Source: Octopus bimaculoides (lineage: Eukaryota). Taken from it: 32,575 nt of DNA. Below are positions 12,351 to 22,484 of this stretch, in pieces. Every line of letters begins with the position of its first letter. Position 1 is the stretch's first letter. Location: assembly GCF_001194135.2 (NCBI RefSeq), contig NC_068988.1, positions 76,424,792 through 76,457,366 of the forward strand, given 5' to 3'. Made by a program: the position numbers and the translations under genes. The notes beneath the pieces were generated by a model that was not told the DNA's origin, did not search any database, and saw only the letters and a list, made by a program, of their open reading frames with translations.

Positions 12351-13269
12351 ATGCCCAGTCATTTGCATCTAATGACAAGGAGCAATGGGAGTAAGCAAGT
12401 TTTAGGTCACATTTTGTTGATCCCTCCTCCAAAGAAAGAAATTAGTGCCATCCTAAACAGGGCTGCTTTGCTGTGAAAGGAAGACATGAATTACACAATA
12501 ACCTGCAGATATGTAAAGCAGCCATCTACCATTCACCACCTATGTGCGAAGTTCAAGCTAAGAACTCCCAGTAACATCTTTCACCTGTTCCTGTCGCTAT
12601 CCCTTCATCATTATAGGGTTTTTTTTTCTGGTGGTGGTGGTGGTGGGGACTCTCTCCATCAAAACATGATGGCAGTATTTGCTGATAGTATTTTACTGAA
12701 CTACCTGCACATGCTTGTGCAGCAAAATGCACATGCTATCCATCAAAACAGCATTTACCTGTACTGGTGCACAGTGTACCACGTGTCAGATGTTAAATCG
12801 ATTACAGATTTGAGATCAGAGTGGTTTTCTCCTAGTCTAGTTACTCAAAAGTTACAGAGCCCAGACTATCCAATAAGTAAATAGATGCTGATAGTGCACA
12901 TCAACTAAGGGCACTGACAAACCTGATTTTATATCAGAGTTTTCCTTCTCCTAGATAGGTTGCCCTCACCATAGCTAAGGAGCCCCATCTGCCCCATACA
13001 TGTATATAAATACACAAAAAGTAAAACTATGAGATTTAAGAATATAAATAAGATATATAAAAGCAATATATACATATGTACACACATTTTTATTGGATGA
13101 CCATTGATTATTCATGAGTTCCTCCTCCATTTGATAAGTTTTGTTTTTTGTTTCACAGAGTGTCCAACAAGTACCCTCCAAGCTCAGTGGGGTTGGCAGT
13201 TTAGTTGTTGACGATGCAACAGGTTGTACTGGGTTACATATTACCAGTAATGCTTGAGAGCAACCTGAC

Positions 13270-13300
13270 ATGTGTGTGTGTGTGTGTGTGTGTGCGTGTG

Positions 13301-13334
<34 letters not shown>

Positions 13335-13382
13335 CACATGCATGCATGTGTGTTTGTTTGTGTGTATGCATGTGTTTGTGTG
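13270..13382. repeat. (TG)n microsatellite
   Basis: Long tgtgtg run with cg/ca interruptions. Confidence 0.95.
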
Positions 13383-13439
13383 TACCCTTATCTTTACATC
13401 ATGTGAAGGCTGCAAACAAGCATCACCATAATACAAGTG

Positions 13440-13575
13440 TTGCTCATATCCACTCGTCTATGAATAAACACGTCTCTTTATGGGGAAATACTACCTTGCA
13501 TAGAAACAAGTGATAGTTAGTGGCAGGAAATGGTGTCAGGCCATAGAAAACCTGAATCAGTCAATTATGTCTGAC
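13440..13575 (+). mobile_element. Probable SINE 3' fragment following the (TG)n run
   Basis: ggggaaatactaccttgcatagaaacaag...ggcaggaaatggtgtcaggccatagaaaacctg. The last part resembles gttaggaagggcatctagctgtagaaac in the RTE tail near 17245. Family assignment is from recall only. Confidence 0.4.
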
Positions 13576-14790
13576 CCATATATTCAAGGAAAAGATGACA
13601 ATGATGAGAATGGTTCAAAATTAAAGCCGTTTCTAGAATAGGCATTTGAGTACGGAATCATAACAATTTTAAAATGATAGTTGAATCTTCTCTTGTGTCA
13701 TTATGTCATTCATTGATGATTTATAATTAAACACACAGAAATATTGAAAACTTTCATATATTTCATTTGAACAGCTGCAGAAAACTCTTCAATTCTGACA
13801 TATTTTTAAAAGGAGAACATTGTGATATTTAACCTTTGTCAAATGAAGGAAGCAAGGATTTGAAATATTCTGGATCAATTAAACCGGATACTCAAGTTAA
13901 CAATAAATTATTTATCAGATTATAAACACATGTTGTAAGTTTTATCTCGTCTTTAATTCCAGTGGAGTGAGAGTGACATGTTACTTTGAGTGTTGTACAT
14001 TGTACCAGCTATATTACTATACTGGGTCAGTTTCTAAGTTCAAATCTCACCAAGATTCATTTAGTTTTCCATCACTTTTTATCAGTAAGTTCTATAATTC
14101 TGTTGATTGCCAGATACCATTTAAAAATTTAATCTTTACATAGTAATTCTTAAAAAATCAACCAGCCCTTCAAGTTTACAAACCACTTAATTTCACAATG
14201 TTGATGGTGTTTACAGTGGTTGAGTAGTTCTTATCCTACAATACTTATTTAAAGCTCAGTACAAAGTGGCAATGATAAAATGCATTGCCAAAGATAAGCT
14301 ACAGAATGTCTATATACCAGCTGGTCATCAGTTACTGTATCTATTTGGTCAGTTTTTACTTTCTCTCTTCTTTAATAATTGTTTAAATAAATACCAGTCA
14401 CAGAAGGAGTTGATTTAATTGATTTTGTGGGCCAAGGCCTACACAAAAAAAGTTAATTGTACATCTAACCAAATGAAATCAATAATAGACATATCATAAT
14501 CAATAGAAGAGTAAGGCAAGAAGAGAAGAAATGGGTAAGAAAATATAATACACATGAAGAAGAAAAAAACAATTGTTTTTAAAATGGCATATATAATAGA
14601 CTAAAAAAAGAGAAATGATGATAAGCTGATGAGTATAACATTTTTGAGTTATTATATACAATACATTATATATATACTGTTATGATAAAGAGACAGAGAC
14701 TATTATAGGGTAAAGTTATTATATACTTTATACAATAACATTATATATATTGTAAAGTGAGAGACATTATATGGTTAAAGTTATCATATA

Positions 14791-14972
14791 CAGTGTACAA
14801 CGAGGCCAAAGGTAGATTCATCAAGTGATTGGCAAAACATTTCAAAACATTTGGTCAGTTTGTCTGTCTTTAGACAAACTGACCCAAATTTGATGAATAT
14901 ATCTCAAAAAATAGAAACGCTTTTTATTTTTTCCTGAAACAGTCATCATGCAAACGAAAGCTGTCTGTACCT
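14791..14972. mobile_element. Putative small DNA-transposon remnant in a TA context, with a central hairpin
   Basis: Splits a satellite unit at tata. Perfect 13-bp inverted repeat ggtcagtttgtct/agacaaactgacc at 14853-14884. Confidence 0.35.
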
Positions 14973-15001
14973 TATATATAATAACATTATATATGCTGTT
15001 A

Positions 15002-15175
15002 GGTGGTGGAAAGAAACTCGGGGAGAGCATAACAGCAGGTGGTCCTCAGAAGAGAAACCCACTTTAGGCAAGTGTTTCGGCCTCTAACTCCTGACACTCT
15101 AGGGGTGGGTCATGACTCCCGGATGTCCACCTCCAGTCCGTTTTAGTACACCTTGGGTGGGATTGGTTTCTAGCA
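15002..15175. mobile_element. 174-bp unclassified insert flanked by a 6-bp direct repeat CTGTTA
   Basis: CTGTTA at 14996-15001 and 15176-15181; the satellite sequence resumes on both sides. Confidence 0.5.
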
Positions 15176-15206
15176 CTGTTATAGTAAAGAGAGAGATGTT
15201 ATATAG

Positions 15207-15660
15207 GTCACCCCCGTCCGTTCTTCATTTTCTATCTATTTCTTTCCATGTAAATCACTTGAACTCCGTTTGTGTCTTAAATTCATACTTATTTATTTCC
15301 TTTACTTTATTCAAATTTTATCGCTCCTTCCTTTAAAATCAAGATTTAAGCATTTACTGTCTCTCTCAACTACGTCTCTGATTTAGCAGTTTGAAGAGTT
15401 TTGTCTTAAATTCATGCTTATTTATTTTATTTTATTTACTTTAGTTTATCGCTCCTTTTAAAATTACAGTTTAAGCATTTGTTGTCTCTTTCAACCACGT
15501 TACTGTTCGCTCCCTCCCTTCCTTTAGAATTACGATTTAAGCATTGCTGTCTCTCAAATATGTTTAAGCATTTAAAACTTACGATTAAGCACTGCTGTCT
15601 TCAATTTTGTTCTAAAAAAGCCCAAAGAATTATTTCCGCGTGATGTGCTGGTTGCCTGGC

Positions 15661-15697
<37 letters not shown>

Positions 15698-15827
15698 CCT
15701 GACTCTCTCTGCCCCACTCTCTCTGAATCACTCTTTCTCTCTCCTCCTCTCTATCCTCGATTCCTACAGGACACTAACTATATATAAGCAGTCTATCTTG
15801 GCCGCTGGTACACCCGCCCTCCCCATC
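15207..15827 (-). mobile_element. LTR-like or promoter-like repeat segment with internal duplications, cut off by the RTE on its right
   Basis: Minus strand: GC-rich stretch, TATA-like cttatatatag, (GA)n, then two about 135-bp copies carrying AATAAA plus shorter tgcttaaa...agacag subrepeats. Confidence 0.4.
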
Positions 15828-15901
15828 TCCACCTAGCTAAAACCAAAGTCCTAATAAGTAGGTAGGTAGATAAAACACAAACCCCTTCAGGTAGATGGCC
15901 C

Positions 15902-16033
15902 TGCTCAATATGTAGAAAAGGTGTAGGTAGAAACTCTATAAGATGTACTCAGTGTAAGCTATGGACACATAAGAGGTGCAGCAATATCAAAGGCAGGTTA
16001 ATTAGGAAGTTAGTTTTTGTATGTAGCAGATGT
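15902..16033 (+). other. PHD-type zinc finger (C4HC3) encoded in frame inside the RTE RT region
   Basis: Manual translation CSICRKGVGRNSIRCTQCKLWTHKRCSNIKGRLIRKLVFVCSRC = C-x2-C-x10-C-x2-C-x4-H-x2-C-x14-C-x2-C. It is absent from the ORF track because it has no start Met. Confidence 0.75.
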
Positions 16034-16945
16034 TCAGGTGCAATAAACACTGTAAACAAGCAGGAAACAACTTCTGTCTCATTCCAGGGAGAGAAACTAG
16101 AGGTAGTTCATAGCTTCCGCTATCTGGGTGACCAAGTTAGTAGTGGGGTGGGTGCGTTGAAAGTGTAGCTGCTAGAATAAGAATAGCCTGGGCAAAGTTC
16201 AGAGAGCTCTTACCTCTGCTGGCGACAAAGAGACTCTCACTCAGAGTAAAAGGCAGACTGTATGACGCATATGTACGAACAGCCATGCTACATGGCAGTG
16301 AAACATGTCTGTGACTGCTGTGGACATGCGTAACCTCACAAGGAATGAAGCCAGTATCCTCCGATGGATGAGTAATGTCAGTGTGCATACCCGACAGAGT
16401 GTAAGTATCTTGAGAAAAAAGTTGAACATAAGAAGCATNNNNNNNNNNTGTCAGTGTGCATACCCGACAGAGTGTAAGTATCTTGAGAAAAAAGTTGAAC
16501 ATAAGAAGCATCAATTGTGGTGTGCAAGAGAGACGATTGCGCTGGTATGGACGCATGGCGAGAATGGATGAGGATAGCTGTGTGAAAAAGTGCCACACCC
16601 TAACGGTTGAGGAAACCCGTGGAAGAGGTAGGCCTAGGAAAACCTGGGATATGGTGGTGAAGCACGACCTCTGAACATTAGGCCTTACCGAAGCAATGAC
16701 TTTTGACCGTGACCTTTGGAAATATGCTGTGCGTGAGAAGACCCGGCAAGCCAAGTGAGACCAAAAATCCAAGGCCTCTGCCAGGGAATTAGCCAGCCCA
16801 CTTCCGTGTAACATTCCTTCATTGGACACTAAACTCTGCTTGCGAAAACATGGTGAGGCAAGTGAAATTGAAATCGGAATCGAACCAAATTTGTAGGAAC
16901 ACTAGACTCGGCTTCCGAAGACCTGTTGGGGGCGAGCGGGCATCT

Positions 16946-17215
16946 GTACCAGTGTGACACGTAAATAGCACCAGCGTGATCGTTACCAACGTCACCTTCC
17001 TAGCACTTGTGCCAGTGACACGGGAAAAGACATTCAAGCAAGATCGTTCATCGCCTTCCTGGCACAAGTGCCAGTGGCACGTGAAAAGACATTCGAGCAA
17101 GATCGTTGCCATAGCCGATGGACTGGCTCCTGTGCAGGTGGCACGTAAAACATCATTTCGAGCGTGGCCATCACCAGTTCCGCCTGACTGGCCCTCGTGC
17201 CAGTGGCACGTAAAA
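16946..17215 (+). repeat. Five degenerate 59-65-bp tandem units in the RTE 3' UTR, each with a GTGCCAGTGGCACG-like core
   Basis: Cores at 16946, 17009, 17068, 17132 and 17197. Confidence 0.8.
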
Positions 17216-17416
17216 CACCCACTGCACTCTCGGAGTGGTTGGCGTTAGGAAGGGCATCTAGCTGTAGAAACTCTGCCAAATCAGATTGGAGCCTGGTGTC
17301 GCCTCCTGGTCCACCACTCCTCAGTCAAATCGTCCAACCCATGTAGGCATAGAAAGCGGACGTTAAATAATGATGATGATGATGATGATGATGATATATA
17401 TATATATATATATATA

Positions 17417-18641
17417 CAGGGTGCGAGGAGTATTTGAGGACAGTTTTAGTATACAATAAAACAACTATATTTCAGCATAAATGAATATGTATTTGAATAA
17501 ACATTTGTGCAATTAGTCATGATAATGATATTTTTAGCAAATTATTGTATGAAACTGCCTTTGTCTTCAATGAATGCTTTAATGCGGGACTAAAACCGCT
17601 GGTATGCTGGTGCTATATGCTCATTATTCACTTTCGACATCTCCTGGACAATGGTAGCCTTCAGTGAAACAATGGTATTATGACAGCGCTCCACATGTAG
17701 TAGTCCATGGGGTTCGAATCTGACAAGTTTGGAGGCCACATATTGAATGTACATAATCGTAAAAATTGTCTGACAACCATTTTTGGGTGACTAGGGCTTT
17801 GTGAGAAGATGCTGAATCTTGTTGAAACACGCATGGCCTTCCATTGCATACTTCATCAATCCAGTACTTGATAACACTATCCAGTTCCTCAATGCATCCA
17901 GCAGCATTAATTCTAAGACCATGTGGAAAGAAGTGGTGAGGCATCACATGACCTTCGCTACTCACCACTCCTAAAACTATCACAGTTGCTAAAAATTCCA
18001 TGTGCATCACACTGGGTACTTCAGAAGCATATGCACATAACCACCTGTTCATTTCTTCTGTTAGACTTTTGAACCAGGTCGAAGTGTTTTTTATCAGAGA
18101 AAAACAAAAGCATGCCTTGTTCATGAAGGTTTTTCACTTTGTTAAGTAACTGTTTTGAAAGGACGAGACGGTTTTCCTGTGTCTTTGCAGACACAAATTG
18201 GCCTTTCCTCGTTACATAGGATTTGCATCGAATGTCACAATGTACCACAGTTCTGATAGTGCACTCTAACACCCAAAGGTCTTTAGCAATGGACTTCATT
18301 GATCTTCTGGAGTTTTCATCGATAATGTTTTGAACATGTATAAATTCCAGTGTCCTTTTAGTGTCTGAGCATTGGGAATATTTTTTTCTCTTTGATACAG
18401 ATGAAACATTACCGTCACATGCCTCCAATTCCAACCAAACTTTGTGTACAAATAATCTTGCAACATTTAGAAAGTTGCTAATTTCTAAATCACTATGGTT
18501 TGCATGTATAGACCCTATGACTGCATGTTTTTCATTTCTTGAGTTAGCATGATATCTTGAAAGGGTTATCTGAAAAAATGATACTTTAAATAATTTAAAC
18601 GGGTAATGAACAAAAAGCGAAATTCCTCAAATGCCCCTCGC

Positions 18642-18647
<6 letters not shown>
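17417..18647 (-). mobile_element. Full-length but inactivated maT (DD37D) Tc1/mariner-superfamily transposon
   Basis: TIRs cagggtgcgaggagtatttgagga and tcctcaaatgcccctcgcacccta, with (TA)n on both sides. Transposase motifs FFSDKK, VFQQDSAS and WPPNLSDSNPMDYY. The spacing D2-D3 is 37 aa after restoring one deleted base. Confidence 0.9.
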
Positions 18648-18671
<24 letters not shown>

Positions 18672-18673
<2 letters not shown>

Positions 18674-18886
18674 CTCTTTACTCTTTTACTTGTTTCAGTC
18701 ATTTGACTGTGGCCATGCTGGAGCACCGCCTTTAGTTGAGCAAATCGACCCCAGGACTTATTCTTTGGAAGCCTAGTACTTATTCTATCGGTCTGTTTTG
18801 CCGAACCGCTAACTTACGGGGACGTAAACACACGAGCATCGGTTGTCAAGCGATGTTGTGGGACAAACACAGACACACACACATAT
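18672..18886 (-). mobile_element. SINE 3' half, running into a gap
   Basis: Reverse complement matches the tail of the SINE at 25690-25897 and the arm at 27660-27866. Confidence 0.85.
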
Positions 18887-19659
18887 NNNNNNNNNNNNNN
18901 NNNNNNNNNNNNNNNNNNNNNNNNNNNNNNNNNNNNNNNNNNNNNNNNNNNNNNNNNNNNNNNNNNNNNNNNNNNNNNNNNNNNNNNNNNNNNNNNNNNN
19001 NNNNNNNNNNNNNNNNNNNNNNNNNNNNNNNNNNNNNNNNNNNNNNNNNNNNNNNNNNNNNNNNNNNNNNNNNNNNNNNNNNNNNNNNNNNNNNNNNNNN
19101 NNNNNNNNNNNNNNNNNNNNNNNNNNNNNNNNNNNNNNNNNNNNNNNNNNNNNNNNNNNNNNNNNNNNNNNNNNNNNNNNNNNNNNNNNNNNNNNNNNNN
19201 NNNNNNNNNNNNNNNNNNNNNNNNNNNNNNNNNNNNNNNNNNNNNNNNNNNNNNNNNNNNNNNNNNNNNNNNNNNNNNNNNNNNNNNNNNNNNNNNNNNN
19301 NNNNNNNNNNNNNNNNNNNNNNNNNNNNNNNNNNNNNNNNNNNNNNNNNNNNNNNNNNNNNNNNNNNNNNNNNNNNNNNNNNNNNNNNNNNNNNNNNNNN
19401 NNNNNNNNNNNNNNNNNNNNNNNNNNNNNNNNNNNNNNNNNNNNNNNNNNNNNNNNNNNNNNNNNNNNNNNNNNNNNNNNNNNNNNNNNNNNNNNNNNNN
19501 NNNNNNNNNNNNNNNNNNNNNNNNNNNNNNNNNNNNNNNNNNNNNNNNNNNNNNNNNNNNNNNNNNNNNNNNNNNNNNNNNNNNNNNNNNNNNNNNNNNN
19601 NNNNNNNTGTTATGGTAAACAGAGAGACTTTATATAAATTAGTTATTATATAGTACATG

Positions 19660-19701
<42 letters not shown>

Positions 19702-19899
19702 CCCAAAAAGTTAGGGGTTGTAAATCCAACCCACTAAGGGATAATATCTATCTAATATACTGCTGGGAGGATACCCAATTATTATTACACTAGTATTTTT
19801 ACCAAGTGCAATAAATGAGTGCGGGTAAAAAGAAATTTTATCCTAAATTTATATAGCAGTAAGAAGATGGAGGGGAATATGTGGTACTCATCAACTTGC

Positions 19900-20105
19900 A
19901 GACACTGTACTGCAGCTATGATGGAGCAGCACCTTTAGTTGAACAAATCGACCCCAGGACTTATTCTTTGTAAGTCTACTACTTATTCTATCGGTCGCTT
20001 TTGGCGAACCGCTAAGTTACGGGTATGCAAACACACCAGCTTCGGTTGTAAAGTGATGATGGGGGGGGGGTGAACAAACGCACATGCACACACACACACA
20101 CACAT
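19900..20105 (-). mobile_element. SINE 3' half, same family
   Basis: ctttagttgaacaaatcgaccccaggacttattctttgtaag...gaaccgctaagttacggg matches 18730-18830. Confidence 0.85.
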
Positions 20106-20304
20106 ATAAAGAACGTATTTACAGGTGTTTACATTGGAAAAAAACACACTTTCAGCTATTTCAAATAATATCTCCCCCTTACCAAATAATATTTACAACT
20201 TAATTCTTACTTCCATTACCCTCTATTCTTTCCATCATCTTTTCTTTCCATCTATCATTTATTCTCTATTTACTTATACCTCCGGGGAGGCGCANNNNNN
20301 NNNN

Positions 20305-20670
20305 NNNNNNNNNNNNNNNNNNNNNNNNNNNNNNNNNNNNNNNNNNNNNNNNNNNNNNNNNNNNNNNNNNNGTGAGTGTTTATTGAGCGAAAACACCTAA
20401 AGCTCCACAAGGTTCCGGCAGGGGATGGTGGCGAACCCTGCTGTACTCTTTCACCACAACTTTCTCTTACTTCTGTTTCTGTTGTGCCTGTAATTCAAAG
20501 GGTCAGCCTTGTCACACTGTGTCACGCTGAATATCCCTGAGATCTACGTTAAGGGTACACGTGTCTGGAGTGCTCAGCCACTTGCACGTTAATTTCACGA
20601 GCAGACTGTTCTGTTGATCGGATCAATTGGAACCCTCGATGTCGTAAGCGACGGAGTGCCAACAACAACT
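20305..20670 (+). mobile_element. Second SINE family copy; the tRNA-like head lies mostly in the N gap
   Basis: ggggaggcgca[N]gtgagtgtttattgagcgaaaacacctaaagctcc...gacggagtgccaacaacaac with a (CAA)n tail. Recognised from memory of octopod repeats. Confidence 0.6.
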
Positions 20671-20848
20671 TATTCCTCCATTTCTCCTTTATTTCTCTTT
20701 CCCTTTCTCTCTTCTTTCTCTTCTCTCACCCTATGACGTCAAATTTCTTAAAGGCAATTTTCAAATTACTAGCGTTCTCTATACAACTTTGCTTTCCAAG
20801 TATGTATATGTATGTATGTGTGTATGCATGTATATGCGTGTATATGTG

Positions 20849-22068
20849 TTAATTAGAATATTAACTAATAATCAAAGAAATTATATAAAAAAAACTACTT
20901 ATTTATCCCATAAATCAAAAAGAAATATTAAACAATATTATTGGAAATAAATGCAACACTAATCTAATCTAAGTTTTGGTTTAAACTAAAATGTTAAACT
21001 TTGTACTATTAATTTAGTGTTATATAAGAAATCAGCTAACATTAAATATCAATTGAATTAATATAAAAATACATATTTTCCCAATCTTTTGGTTTGGATT
21101 TAAAAGTTCAAAGTTCAAAGTGGACTAAACTTTTCATATCCTACCAAACATATAGATGTTTTCGATCTAATTTGGATTCTTTGCCATCAAATTTGATGGC
21201 AAAGAATCCGAACTAGATCAAGAACATCTAAACGTGGGTGAAGGCCTTCTTTAGCCTTGGGTGGTGGTTTTTCTCCTTTCCCTACCCACTGTCTTTGGCA
21301 TTTGACATTTTTATGGAGATCCCATTTCTTGTCACCAGTCACTATTTGGTCAAAAAGATTCATTCATGAAACGTGACTGCAAAGAAGAGCACACATTCAC
21401 TCTCTGCACATAATTAGAGTAGGAAAGTTTGTGAGGAACCCATTGACCCAATTTGCTGACTTTTCCGATGGCATGCAGGTGTCGATGAATGGTTGAATGA
21501 ACAAATCGATGTTTCTCTGTTAGCTCATCAGTTACAATGGGATTTTGTTCCACCAGGGTTTGCAGGACATCTTTGTCAAGCTCCAGGACAAGGCTCATCT
21601 TCTAGGATGTAGATTCTGGCTTGGAATTTCTGGAACCTCCATTAACACTGGATTATGCTTATTATTTGATCCCCATATACTGCATTAATATTCCTCAAAC
21701 TTTCTGTTGTGTTGTTGCCTGTATTGAACTAATAAATCAAAATATGCCAAATATGCTCCTTTGTCACTTTCATTACAGCTTTGAAAAAAATAACTGTTAA
21801 AATCGAACTGCACTCTTCAAAACTTGCACTAAGAATAAGTACAAAGTAAATTTACTACCTCAATTGATATTTAATGTTAGCTAAATTCTTATTTAACACT
21901 AAATTAATAGTATAAAGTTTAATATTTTAGTTTAAACCAAAACTTTGATTAGATTAGAGTTGCATTTATTTCCAATAATATTGTTTAATATTTCTTTTTG
22001 ATTTATGGGATAAATGAGTAGTTTTTTTTAATATAATTTCTTTGATTATTAGTTAATATTCTAATTAA
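20849..22068 (-). mobile_element. Mariner-derived element: 5' part of transposase between about 208-bp inverted repeats
   Basis: Arms 20849-21056 and 21860-22068 differ at about 9 positions. Minus-strand transposase starts at ATG 21773: MKVTKEHIWHIL...NINAVYG...WVPHKL...IVTGDKKW...GLHPR...VW*DMKSLVHFEL. It ends at the left arm. Confidence 0.8.
21153..21230. repeat. 78-bp loopless palindrome inserted in the mariner ORF
   Basis: 39-bp arms with 4 transition mismatches; perfect central 36 bp ggattctttgccatcaaa|tttgatggcaaagaatcc; TA at both ends. Confidence 0.92.
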
Positions 22069-22484
22069 GGTTAAGTTAATAGTACAACATTTAAAATTTT
22101 ATTTAAACTAAAGATTCGTTTAGATAAGTTTTTTTTATTTATTTTCAATAATTTTGTTTAATCTTTTTCTTTTATTTAATGGTGATATAATTATTTTTAT
22201 ATAAATTAATTTATATAAATTAATTTTTGTTAGTTTATATTAAAATAAAAGTTATTTATATTACATTTATAATTTTAGATTAACCTAAAACTTTGTTTAA
22301 ATTGTATTTTAAATGAAAGATTCATTAAGTTAAGATTTGCATTTAATATTTCTATTAGTTCATATTCTAATAAACGTAAAGTTAATTATGTCACGTTTAT
22401 AGTTTTCGATAAGATTAGTATTATATTTCTTTTTAATAATATTGTTTAACATTTCTCTATCTTGATATAATAAGTATTTTTATA

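Larger units (their letters stand above)
14655..15210 (+). repeat. Interrupted array of a short (about 75-85 bp) AT-rich satellite-like unit (aataacattatatat-actgttatggtaaagagagac-attatatggttaaagttat)
   Basis: Unit parts at 14658-14730, 14731-14790, 14975-15001 and 15175-15206; related copies at 19608, 25427-25450 and 25900-25925. Confidence 0.7.
15828..17395 (+). mobile_element. 5'-truncated RTE-clade LINE with long 3' UTR and (GAT)n tail
   Basis: LAKTKVLI, EVVHSFRYLGDQ, ARIRIAWAKFRELLPLL, KGRLY...MLHGSET, RRLRWYG, RGRGRPRKTW; ends in gacgttaaataatgatgatgat. Confidence 0.88.

Noticed and set aside
12820-12995. Two short pieces resembling an RTE 5' UTR (ttttccttctcctag...gagccc)
   Set aside because: Resemblance is from memory only, and the pieces are too short and degenerate to support a call
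12975-13513. ORFs rich in HT or CV (also 7784-7975, 9378-9659, 32029-32557)
   Set aside because: Translations of (CA)/(TG) microsatellites
16946-17215. CRISPR-like repeat-spacer appearance
   Set aside because: Eukaryotic context, no cas genes, degenerate repeats, linkers related to each other, and located in a LINE 3' UTR
18736-19706. Long ORFs in the track (also 1466-2066, 22598-23301, 31343-31737)
   Set aside because: They are open only because they run through N gaps
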